Positions 48,871-57,373 of a stretch of DNA of 64,000 nucleotides are shown here, one piece after another (the stretch's first letter is position 1; each line of letters starts with the position of its first letter). Made by a program: the position numbers and the translations under genes. This DNA comes from Eubacteriaceae bacterium. Lineage in GTDB: Bacteria; Bacillota; Clostridia; Eubacteriales; Eubacteriaceae. The DNA lies in assembly GCA_012522805.1 (NCBI GenBank), contig JAAYJS010000033.1, positions 21,889 to 85,888 of the forward strand. The letters run 5' to 3'. Below the pieces are notes generated by a model. That model made no database searches, was not told the origin of the DNA, and saw only the letters and a program-made list of their open reading frames with translations.

Positions 48871-50145
48871 ATGTTTGTCGATCAGGCAAGGATCTTTGTA
48901 AAAGCCGGGGATGGCGGACATGGTGGCATGAGTTTCCGAAGAGAAAAATATGTGCCCAATGGCGGTCCGGACGGCGGTAATGGCGGCAAGGGAGGCAATA
49001 TCATCTTAGAAGCCGATAAAGATTTACGAACGTTATTAGCTTTTAAATACAAACGAAAATACAAAGGGGAAAACGGTCAAAACGGATCCGGCAGCCGCTG
49101 CACCGGTCGCTCCGGGAAAGATTTGATCATCAAAGTTCCCGTGGGAACGATCATCAAAAACGAAAAAACCGAACGCATTATCTTTGATCTAAAAGAAGAT
49201 GGCCAGCAGTTCTTGGCTGCCGAAGGTGGCAGAGGCGGACAAGGCAATATGAATTATGCTACGGCCACCAGACAGGCACCCAGATTTGCTCAAGGCGGCA
49301 TGAAGGGCCAAGAAAAGTCCCTGATTTTAGAATTAAAACTCTTAGCGGATGTCGGTCTCTTAGGTTTTCCCAACGTTGGAAAATCGACCCTTTTATCCAG
49401 AACAACGGCGGCAAAACCCAAAATTGCCAACTATCATTTTACCACCATCGAACCGAATTTAGGTGTGGTGGCCTATCAAGACTACGACCCTTTTATCATT
49501 GCGGATATACCGGGTATCATTGAAGGGGCACACCAGGGTGCCGGATTGGGGTATCAGTTTTTAAGACATATCGAACGTACCAAATTGTTGATCCATCTAT
49601 TAGATGCCTCCGGGATGGAAGGAAGAGATCCAAAGGCGGATTTTGACACCATCAACCAAGAGTTACGGGCCTACAATGAACGCTTAGCAGCCAGAGTTCA
49701 AATTGTCGCCTTAAATAAAATAGATTTGTGCGACGAAGCCCATGTCCAAGAACTTAAAACTTACTTCGAAGAGAAGGGTTACGACGTGTTTCCGATTTCC
49801 GCAGCAACAGGAGAGGGACTGCAAGCCTTAATGTCCAAAACCGTTACCTTGCTGAAAGAGATTGGAGAGGTGGAACCCATCTTTGACATTGAACCGGAAG
49901 AGCAGGATGTTGAAGAAGACAGAGCACAAGTCATTGAAGTGTATCAAGAAGATGGTAAATACTTTGTAACCGGCGAATTTATTGAAAGGCTGTTACAATC
50001 CGTCAATTTTGACGATTACGACTCTGTCGGCTACTTTCAACGTATGCTGAAGGATAAAGGCGTTTTCAAGAAGTTGGAAAAGCTCGGGGTGCAAGATGGT
50101 GATGTCGTTTCCTTAAATGAATTTGAATTTGAATATTTTCATTAA
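48871..50145 (+). CDS. obg: GTPase Obg/CgtA
   Basis: The protein starts MFVDQARIFVKAGDGGHG and has the Gly-rich Obg fold, a G domain (GFPNVGKST) and a C-terminal OCT domain. The start is moved to ATG 48871. Confidence 0.96.
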   Translation: MFVDQARIFVKAGDGGHGGMSFRREKYVPNGGPDGGNGGKGGNIILEADKDLRTLLAFKYKRKYKGENGQNGSGSRCTGRSGKDLIIKVPVGTIIKNEKTERIIFDLKEDGQQFLAAEGGRGGQGNMNYATATRQAPRFAQGGMKGQEKSLILELKLLADVGLLGFPNVGKSTLLSRTTAAKPKIANYHFTTIEPNLGVVAYQDYDPFIIADIPGIIEGAHQGAGLGYQFLRHIERTKLLIHLLDASGMEGRDPKADFDTINQELRAYNERLAARVQIVALNKIDLCDEAHVQELKTYFEEKGYDVFPISAATGEGLQALMSKTVTLLKEIGEVEPIFDIEPEEQDVEEDRAQVIEVYQEDGKYFVTGEFIERLLQSVNFDDYDSVGYFQRMLKDKGVFKKLEKLGVQDGDVVSLNEFEFEYFH

Positions 50146-50268
50146 TCGATAAATGACATTTAATTAAAAAATTATTTAAATTTTTGTGAAGAATATTAAA
50201 ATCTATTGACAAAGGAGAAAGGTTGTACTATTGTATTAGTCAGATAATACAGTAGTACAAAAAATATT

Positions 50269-50571
50269 ATGTTAACCAGTTATCAACGAAACCATTTAAG
50301 AAAATTAGCTCAAACACTCACGAGTATTGTTTATATTGGAAAAGACGGCGTCAACTATGAAGTCATCGTACAAACGAAGGACGCATTGAAAGCAAGGGAA
50401 TTGATTAAGGGAAAGGTACAACAAAACGCACCTATCAGCGTACAAGAAGCTGCACAGATATTAAGCGAAGAATCTAAAGCAGATATTGTCCACACCATGG
50501 GTAATACTTTTGTTTTGTACAAACGAAACCCACAAAATCCCAAAGTAGTCATCCCAAAGAGGAAACCATGA
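50269..50571 (+). CDS. yhbY: YhbY-family CRM-domain RNA-binding protein
   Basis: The 100-aa protein has the motifs LTSYQRNHLRKLAQ and IGKDGV.... Confidence 0.85.
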   Translation: MLTSYQRNHLRKLAQTLTSIVYIGKDGVNYEVIVQTKDALKARELIKGKVQQNAPISVQEAAQILSEESKADIVHTMGNTFVLYKRNPQNPKVVIPKRKP

Positions 50572-51185
50572 AAAAAGTAGGATTGTTTGGCGGAAGCTTT
50601 AATCCGATTCATATCGGCCATTTGTGGATAGCAGAATCCACCAGAGATGCCTTTCAATTAGAAAAGGTTATTTACATCCCCGCCGGTAAAAACCCCTACA
50701 AAACACATGAAACCGAGGAAGAGCGGCACCACCGCTACCAAATGGTTCAATTGGGGATAGAGTCGAACCCCTATTTCGATATATCCGATGTTGAAATCAA
50801 CAAAAGTGGCAACACTTACACCATCGATACGATTCATTATTTTATGGAAAAATTTCCGGAATACAAACTTTATTTTATTACCGGATCGGATTTAATGTTT
50901 CAAATCAACCTTTGGAAGGAAGCCAAAACGTTGATGGAATCCATCGAGATTGTCACAGCGGTCAGACCGGGTTATGCAGACAAAGACCTTGAATTGCAGA
51001 TAGATTTCTTAACCAGAAACTATCAAGCAAAAATACATCTTTTTCATACACCGGAGTTGGACATTTCGTCCTCAGAAATACGCGACCGCATTAGAAAAGG
51101 GATGACCAATCACTACTTGCTTCCCACTAAGGTAGAAGACTATATCCGAAAAAACCAATTGTATTGTAGCAATCATGAAAAATAA
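50568..51185 (+). CDS. nadD: Nicotinate-nucleotide adenylyltransferase
   Basis: The GGSFNPIHIGH motif is present. The start overlaps the yhbY stop. Confidence 0.93.
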   Translation: MKKVGLFGGSFNPIHIGHLWIAESTRDAFQLEKVIYIPAGKNPYKTHETEEERHHRYQMVQLGIESNPYFDISDVEINKSGNTYTIDTIHYFMEKFPEYKLYFITGSDLMFQINLWKEAKTLMESIEIVTAVRPGYADKDLELQIDFLTRNYQAKIHLFHTPELDISSSEIRDRIRKGMTNHYLLPTKVEDYIRKNQLYCSNHEK

Positions 51186-51792
51186 AGTCGCAACAATCAT
51201 TGAAGACTTAAGGTCGGTTCAGAAACCCCGTCGCTTTCAGCACATTTTAAATGTTTCGGATGCGGCAAAACAATTAGCAAAGAAATACGGAGCAGACGAA
51301 GAAAGCGCGTACCTAGCGGGTTTGTTACACGATTTAGCAAAACCCTACGATGCAGCCACCATGTTAAAAAAAGCGGAAGCCTATCAACTAACCATCGACC
51401 CGATCTACAGATCGGATCCGCAATTACTCCACGGCTTGGTGGGGGCAAGGGTGGCACAAGAGCAATACGGTATAGAAGACCGGGATATCTTAAATGCCAT
51501 TGCCTACCACACGACGGGACGTGCCGGCATGAGCCGGTTGGAGAAAATCGTATACCTAGCAGACTATATAGAGGTATCCAGAGATTTCCCCGGGGTTGAT
51601 GCACTGCGAAAAGCAGCATTTAAAGATTTAGACGCGGCCGTTCTGTTAGCTTTTGAGCAGACCATCATTTTCTTGATCGATCGTCATAAAATGATTCATA
51701 CCAATACAATTATAGCGAGAAACGATTTAATACAAAAGAGAAAGAATAGAAAAGAGAACAACCAACAAAAGGATAACTATGAATACCAATGA
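51175..51792 (+). CDS. yqeK: HD-domain bis(5'-nucleosyl)-tetraphosphatase YqeK
   Basis: The HD motifs (LLHDLAK, AYHTTG) are present, and the gene holds the conserved position after nadD. Confidence 0.88.
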   Translation: MKNKVATIIEDLRSVQKPRRFQHILNVSDAAKQLAKKYGADEESAYLAGLLHDLAKPYDAATMLKKAEAYQLTIDPIYRSDPQLLHGLVGARVAQEQYGIEDRDILNAIAYHTTGRAGMSRLEKIVYLADYIEVSRDFPGVDALRKAAFKDLDAAVLLAFEQTIIFLIDRHKMIHTNTIIARNDLIQKRKNRKENNQQKDNYEYQ

Positions 51793-52114
51793 ATTAAAAG
51801 ATCAAATTGTCGAGTGGATTGATGCAAAAGGTGGAGAGGATATCGAAGCGATAGATGTCAAAGGCAAAACCTTATTAGCTGACATCTTTATCATCGCTAG
51901 CGGTAACAATGAAAGACAGGTCAAAGCGATCTCCGACCATATCCAAGCAGAAGCTTCGAAACTGGAGCTTCGCCCTAAAGGTATAGAAGGCGAAAGAACC
52001 GCCCGATGGATTTTACTGGATTACTACGATATCATTGTGCATATTTTCCACAAAGAGGAAAGAGCATTTTACAATATAGAACGCTTATGGAAGGAAGGGG
52101 CACGCCCTGAATAG
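51779..52114 (+). CDS. rsfS: Ribosomal silencing factor RsfS
   Basis: The 111-aa protein has the motifs ADIFIIASGNNERQVKAI and WILLDYYDIIVHIF. Confidence 0.93.
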   Translation: MNTNELKDQIVEWIDAKGGEDIEAIDVKGKTLLADIFIIASGNNERQVKAISDHIQAEASKLELRPKGIEGERTARWILLDYYDIIVHIFHKEERAFYNIERLWKEGARPE

Positions 52115-52116
52115 AT

Positions 52117-52803
52117 ATGGACTCAAAATTAATGATTGAAACGATAAATCTAAGAAAAAGTTTTAAACTTGGAAAGACAGAAATTCCGGTATTAAAGGGT
52201 ATTGATTTAAAAGTAAAAGAAGGCGAAATGATCGCGTTACTCGGCCCTTCCGGTTGTGGTAAGTCAACCTTTCTCAATATTTTGGGAGGTCTCTTACCTG
52301 TCACTTCCGGGGAAGTTTATATCGGTGGGGAACCTCTTCACAAGATGAATGAAAACCAATTGTGTCTTTTTAGAAGAAAAAAACTGGGATTTGTCTTTCA
52401 GTCATATAATTTGATTCCAACCATGACAGCCTTAGAGAATGTCGCGTTGACCTTAACATTTTCCGGAGTCAAGCGAGAAGAGAGGGAACAGCGGGCAGAA
52501 ACCGCCTTAACATTAGTAGGATTAGGCGATAGAATACACCACAAACCTCAAGAAATGTCCGGGGGACAGCAACAAAGAGTCAGCATTGCAAGAGCTTTGA
52601 TCAATGACCCCGATTTGATACTGGCAGATGAACCTACAGGAAATTTGGATACCAAAACAAGTACAGACATTATGAACATCATCGAGGATCTTTCAGCTAC
52701 CAGTTCAAAGACCTTTGTCATCGTCACCCATGATCCCGAAGCCGCAGAGTATTGTTCCAGAACGATTCATATGCGAGACGGTATCATTGAAAATATATCT
52801 TAA
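52117..52803 (+). CDS. MacB/LolD-type ABC transporter ATP-binding protein (YknY-like)
   Basis: Walker A GPSGCGKST, signature [15 protein letters not shown] and Walker B ILADEPTGNLD are present. The gene starts 2 nt after the rsfS stop. Confidence 0.9.
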   Translation: MDSKLMIETINLRKSFKLGKTEIPVLKGIDLKVKEGEMIALLGPSGCGKSTFLNILGGLLPVTSGEVYIGGEPLHKMNENQLCLFRRKKLGFVFQSYNLIPTMTALENVALTLTFSGVKREEREQRAETALTLVGLGDRIHHKPQEMSGGQQQRVSIARALINDPDLILADEPTGNLDTKTSTDIMNIIEDLSATSSKTFVIVTHDPEAAEYCSRTIHMRDGIIENIS

Positions 52804-52828
52804 AAAATCATGAGCACATGGAGGATTT

Positions 52829-53671
52829 ATGAAAAAAACAATAAGTATCGTGGTTGTCATTCTATTAATTTTGATGTCCACGCCAGTTATAGCGGCACCA
52901 GACTACCCATTATTACTGATCAGTGAAGTTCGATTCAATACGGAATCCGTTACTCCCGGATCTAATTTTGTCATGAGCGTCGTATTAGTCAATCACGGAG
53001 AGTACAACGCATACAATACGACGATCGATGTGAAGAACTTGTCGGGCGCTCAAGATTTGGGCGTGTTTTCGATGACCGGCTCCGGTAACCACTTCTATCT
53101 GGGACGCATCAATGCCGGCAGTACGGAAGTCATCGATATACCGATGATGGTCGCACCCAATGCCGAAGCTAAAAACTACAACTTGGATTTAGAAATTCGC
53201 ACTGCGGATGGCAACGACCAACAATATAAATTCCCTGAAACCGTCGGTATTCCCGTCAATGAAAGCAACTCGATGTCCCTCATCTCTTTAGATAAATTGA
53301 TGATTGAAGGAGAAGATGTCAAAGATAATCTCAAAATTGAGATTTCAAATTTCGGCTCCAATGTTGTCCGAGGGGTTCACTTAAAACTATCCAGCGACAA
53401 CCCCGAGGTGGATATTTCCAACACCGAAGAATATTACGGAACCTACGAAAAAAATAATACGGATACCTTTGTGACGTCCATCAATGCCAAGGAACCCGGA
53501 GACTATAAAGTGAAGGCGACCTTGCATTACGTAGATTCCTACAACAACCAACGTTCAATCGAAAAAGAAATAGAAGTTCATGCAGAAAACGTATCTGAAA
53601 TCAAATCGGAAAAAACGACGAGTTCCAACCCATTCATCGAATTGATCAAAGCATTATTCGGCTTAGCGTAG
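52829..53671 (+). CDS. Secreted CARDB/COG1361-like beta-sandwich repeat protein
   Basis: A signal peptide (MKKTISIVVVILLILMSTPVIAAP) is followed by two Ig-like segments (...PGSNFVMSVVLVNHGEYNAYN...; ...LKIEISNFGSNVVRGVHLKL...) and a hydrophobic C-terminal tail. Confidence 0.55.
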   Translation: MKKTISIVVVILLILMSTPVIAAPDYPLLLISEVRFNTESVTPGSNFVMSVVLVNHGEYNAYNTTIDVKNLSGAQDLGVFSMTGSGNHFYLGRINAGSTEVIDIPMMVAPNAEAKNYNLDLEIRTADGNDQQYKFPETVGIPVNESNSMSLISLDKLMIEGEDVKDNLKIEISNFGSNVVRGVHLKLSSDNPEVDISNTEEYYGTYEKNNTDTFVTSINAKEPGDYKVKATLHYVDSYNNQRSIEKEIEVHAENVSEIKSEKTTSSNPFIELIKALFGLA

Positions 53672-53678
53672 GTTTGCC

Positions 53679-55274
53679 ATGGATAAAAAAGAACTTGTCA
53701 TGTTGTCGTGGGAAAACTTATGGCGCATGAAGTTTCGAACGATCCTGACAATTATCGGTGTGGTGATCGGTACGGCGGCAATCATCATCATGATTTCCAT
53801 CGGAAACGGTGCAAAACAAAGCATTACCGGGGAATTGACAAATTCCCCATCCGTTACCACGATCTCCGTCTACACTTCCGGACAAATGGAATCCATGATG
53901 GGGATATCCACCACCGGCGAAAAGAAAAAGAAAATAACCGATTCCACTATTTCGGATATTTCCAATATGGAGCACGTATCTGCAGTGACACCGGTTATTT
54001 CCGGCGGCGGTGCAGTGTTGACACATAAACGTGAGGATTACAACGTGTCCACAATGGGGATCGATTATAAAGAAATCGAAAACATGCACTATAAATTGGA
54101 AAGCGGTCGATTGCCCCGCAGCAGTGAAGAGAACGCCGTGTTGATCGGCCCTTCCGTTTTCACCAAGTTTGATTTGGGCGAGAGTGGTTTTGGAACCATG
54201 GTGGAGGGGGATATCAACCCGAAGGATTTGGTTGGCAAAAACATTACCTTAGTCGTTCAAAGAGCGGTGGAGAGCAATGGACAACCCACCATTCCAACAG
54301 TTGCAAACACACCACCAACCCTATCGGAAAACAAGACACCGGAAGCCTTGGAGGAAAGTGAATCGACGGAAACACCACCCGAAGCGGAGGGCCATGTCAT
54401 CACGCCGACGGAAAGCGATGGGTTGACACCCACAGAAAATGATGCCAATGTCATCACACCGACAATGGACGACGAGGCACAGGTACCGGAAGTATCTTCT
54501 CAACCAAGCCTAACGACGCAACCTCCTGTTAAGAAGGACTCGTCGGAGCAGAGCAATCCTGCTAAGAGCGAGACTAAAATGGAAAGCTATCCTGTCAAAG
54601 TACGTGTCGTCGGGGTTCTCAGTCCAACAGGGGACCAGGAAGACCACGCAGTAACCATGAGTCAAAGCAAAGCAGAAGAAATGACGAATTGGCAAATGAG
54701 AAAAGAACCTACGGGTGCTAAAAAGGAATACGATAACTTAAAAGTGATCGTTGACGATACCGAAAACGTCGAAACTGTAACCAATCAAATCAAAGAGATG
54801 GGTTTTCAGGTATTTTCTCTCAAAGCCATGCTCAATTCTTTAAATTCAGTGTTCCAAATTCTGCAATTGATCCTAGGCGGTATCGGTGGTGTGGCTTTGT
54901 TGGTAGCCAGTATCGGCATCGTCAACACCATGACCATGTCCATTTACGAACGAACGAGGGAAATCGGAATCATGAAAGTAATCGGTGCTTCCGTTAACGA
55001 TATCAAGCAAATGTTTATAGTTGAATCAACCATTATCGGCTGTATTGGCGGGTTGGTCGGCATTATATTTTCTTATATCACCTCGGGTTTAATCAACGTG
55101 ATAGGTGGAATGGCGATGGGAGGTCAGGCATCGGTCGCAAAAATATCCCTGATTACACCGGGGTTGGCTTTGTTTGCCCTCGTATTTTCAACCGTTATCG
55201 GCATGTTGGCAGGTTTTAGACCCGCAGCAAAAGCAGCAAATCTGAGCGCATTGGATGCCATCAGATCGGAATAG
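53679..55274 (+). CDS. MacB/FtsX-type ABC permease (YknZ-like) with an expanded extracytoplasmic domain
   Basis: An N-terminal TM segment, a large extracytoplasmic domain and a C-terminal FtsX 3-TM bundle (ERTREIGIMKVIGAS) are present. The domain carries a P/T/E-rich insert of about 100 aa. Confidence 0.85.
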   Translation: MDKKELVMLSWENLWRMKFRTILTIIGVVIGTAAIIIMISIGNGAKQSITGELTNSPSVTTISVYTSGQMESMMGISTTGEKKKKITDSTISDISNMEHVSAVTPVISGGGAVLTHKREDYNVSTMGIDYKEIENMHYKLESGRLPRSSEENAVLIGPSVFTKFDLGESGFGTMVEGDINPKDLVGKNITLVVQRAVESNGQPTIPTVANTPPTLSENKTPEALEESESTETPPEAEGHVITPTESDGLTPTENDANVITPTMDDEAQVPEVSSQPSLTTQPPVKKDSSEQSNPAKSETKMESYPVKVRVVGVLSPTGDQEDHAVTMSQSKAEEMTNWQMRKEPTGAKKEYDNLKVIVDDTENVETVTNQIKEMGFQVFSLKAMLNSLNSVFQILQLILGGIGGVALLVASIGIVNTMTMSIYERTREIGIMKVIGASVNDIKQMFIVESTIIGCIGGLVGIIFSYITSGLINVIGGMAMGGQASVAKISLITPGLALFALVFSTVIGMLAGFRPAAKAANLSALDAIRSE

Positions 55275-55287
55275 TTAGGAGAAAAAC

Positions 55288-55950
55288 ATGAAAAATTTAA
55301 TCAACTTGATCATCAATCCGTTTCAATTCTATAGAGACTTTAAAGAAAAAGAAGAGGTTCAATTACTCTTGCCAATCATAATCATCGTCATCATGGGTGT
55401 CTTGACGATGTTTGTCGGTTATCGGACCTCCATGACCATGACCACGCCAGCAGTTGAAGGTGCGAACATCGCCATAGATTCCAAAACGGCTTTAATCGGA
55501 GCAGTGATTGGCGGTGTAACCGGTATGATTGGTATCGCGATTATTTGGGTTATCAAATCTGCAATTTACAACGTCATTCTGAAAAAAATGGGAGGTCACG
55601 GTAACTTTAAAAGGACCTTATACATAACCGGGACGGCAGCTGTAACAGGCATTTTCTTGATGATACTCTCGGTCTTTTTTCCGCCGAAAATCGATATCAC
55701 AGCTGTGCAGCAGTCTCTAACTTTTATCAGCATTATCAAAGACCATTTTAATCTGTTTGTTATTTGGGAACTCTTTCTTTTAGTTGTTGGTTTTGCCATT
55801 GACAATGAAATGCCCTATAAAAAGGCTGCCATACCGGTTGTCGTTTTACATCTCATATCCATGGCGATCTCCATTGCTATGACCATGGGCCTGCAAAGAT
55901 TTTATTCTCAACTTCAAGGTGGCGCCGGTGCTCCCAGCGTAGAACCGTAA
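55288..55950 (+). CDS. Yip1-domain membrane protein (YknW-like)
   Basis: The 220-aa protein has five predicted TM segments and an N-terminus (LINLIINPFQFYRDFKE) typical of the Yip1/DUF1282 family. Confidence 0.65.
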   Translation: MKNLINLIINPFQFYRDFKEKEEVQLLLPIIIIVIMGVLTMFVGYRTSMTMTTPAVEGANIAIDSKTALIGAVIGGVTGMIGIAIIWVIKSAIYNVILKKMGGHGNFKRTLYITGTAAVTGIFLMILSVFFPPKIDITAVQQSLTFISIIKDHFNLFVIWELFLLVVGFAIDNEMPYKKAAIPVVVLHLISMAISIAMTMGLQRFYSQLQGGAGAPSVEP

Positions 55951-56048
55951 ATTTTAGATAGAAGTAACAGCCGATTCGGATAAAATAGCAAATACAACCA
56001 AATATTTTTTCTGTGAAGGTTGCATCGTTATGTGATGGACACTTCACG

Positions 56049-56120
56049 AAAAAAAATACCAACCCAAGGTTATAAGGTATCGCTGAGCGTTGCGAAGCAA
56101 GACCCTGAACACCTTGGGTT
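56049..56120 (-). terminator. Orphan terminator-like hairpin oriented for the minus strand
   Basis: The minus strand reads AACCCAAGGT (40-nt structured loop) ACCTTGGGTT ggta TTTTTTTT. No minus-strand gene lies upstream of it. Confidence 0.3.
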
Positions 56121-56284
56121 ATCGTTGTGTTATGGGCAATGCTGTATTTTGAATTTAACGAACAAGTCATCAAACAACATAAAGAGAGGTTTTAAGAGAC
56201 GATTGAAATCTTCTTGAAGGATTTTAAAGTTTTATGATATTATGTTCACTGAATAATAGAAGTAAACAATAAAATGAGGTAATA

Positions 56285-57373
56285 ATGAAAATAGGTATAG
56301 TCGGCTTACCCAACGTGGGTAAAAGTACACTTTTTAATGCGATCACAAAAGCAAAAGCAGAAATGGCAAATTATCCCTTCTGCACCATAGAACCCAATAT
56401 CGGTGTGGTTACCGTGCCGGATGCGCGCTTACCGGTAGTGGCAGACATCTATCAGTCGAAAAAAATAATCCCCACAACGATTGAGTTTGTTGACATCGCC
56501 GGTTTGGTTAAAGGGGCCAGTAAAGGGGAAGGTTTAGGGAACAAGTTTTTAGGCAACATACGGGAAGTAGATGCCATTGCCCATGTTATTCGTTGTTTTG
56601 ATGACGAAAATGTGGTGCACGTTTCAGGTAAAATCGATCCAATCGACGATATGGAAACCGTCAATACGGAACTCTTTTTATCCGACTTGGAAATGCTGGA
56701 ACGACGTGTTGAAAGAACAAAAAAACTGGCGAAACACGATCCCATAGAAAAAGAAAATTTATCGACCTTGGAAAAGCTCAAGGTGTTATTAGAAGATGAA
56801 CAACATCCACAGAAAAGTGATTTCTCCAAGGAGCAATGGCACTACGTTAAAAGCTTAAACTTGATTACCGTCAAGCCCATTCTTTACGTTGCCAATGTTT
56901 CGGAGGACGACTTAAATCAAGAGAATGTTTACGTTCAACAATTAATAGAAAAGGTCGGGGAAAATACGGATCAGCGTGTCATCACCATATCCGCAGAAAT
57001 TGAAGAAGAAATTTCAGAATTAGATCCCGAAGAAAAGGAAGCCTTCCTTTTGGAACTGGGTTTGGAACATTCCGGCATGGAAACTGTAGCAAGAGCCGCC
57101 TATGATTTATTGGGGTTGATTTCTTATCTAACCGTAGGCCCTAAAGAATGTCGGGCATGGACGGTAAAAGAAGGAACCAAAGCACCCGGTGCAGCCGGAA
57201 AAATACATAGCGATATGGAACGCGGTTTTATTCGCGCTGAGGTCATCGGATACGAAGAATTGATCGCAGCAGGTTCGGAACAAAAAGCAAAAGAATTGGG
57301 TATTGTCCGCATTGAAGGGAAGGACTACGTCATGCAAGATGGCGACGTCACCTATTTTCGTTTCAATGTGTAG
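56285..57373 (+). CDS. ychF: Redox-regulated ATPase YchF
   Basis: The protein starts MKIGIVGLPNVGKSTLFNA and has a C-terminal TGS-like domain (DGDVTYFRFNV). Confidence 0.97.
   Translation: MKIGIVGLPNVGKSTLFNAITKAKAEMANYPFCTIEPNIGVVTVPDARLPVVADIYQSKKIIPTTIEFVDIAGLVKGASKGEGLGNKFLGNIREVDAIAHVIRCFDDENVVHVSGKIDPIDDMETVNTELFLSDLEMLERRVERTKKLAKHDPIEKENLSTLEKLKVLLEDEQHPQKSDFSKEQWHYVKSLNLITVKPILYVANVSEDDLNQENVYVQQLIEKVGENTDQRVITISAEIEEEISELDPEEKEAFLLELGLEHSGMETVARAAYDLLGLISYLTVGPKECRAWTVKEGTKAPGAAGKIHSDMERGFIRAEVIGYEELIAAGSEQKAKELGIVRIEGKDYVMQDGDVTYFRFNV

Noticed and set aside
56020-56217. A 65-aa (+) ORF lies in the gap between the Yip1 gene and ychF.
   Set aside because: The putative TTG start has no spacing from any RBS-like sequence, the composition is unremarkable, and the ORF overlaps the hairpin element. 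It is treated as noncoding.
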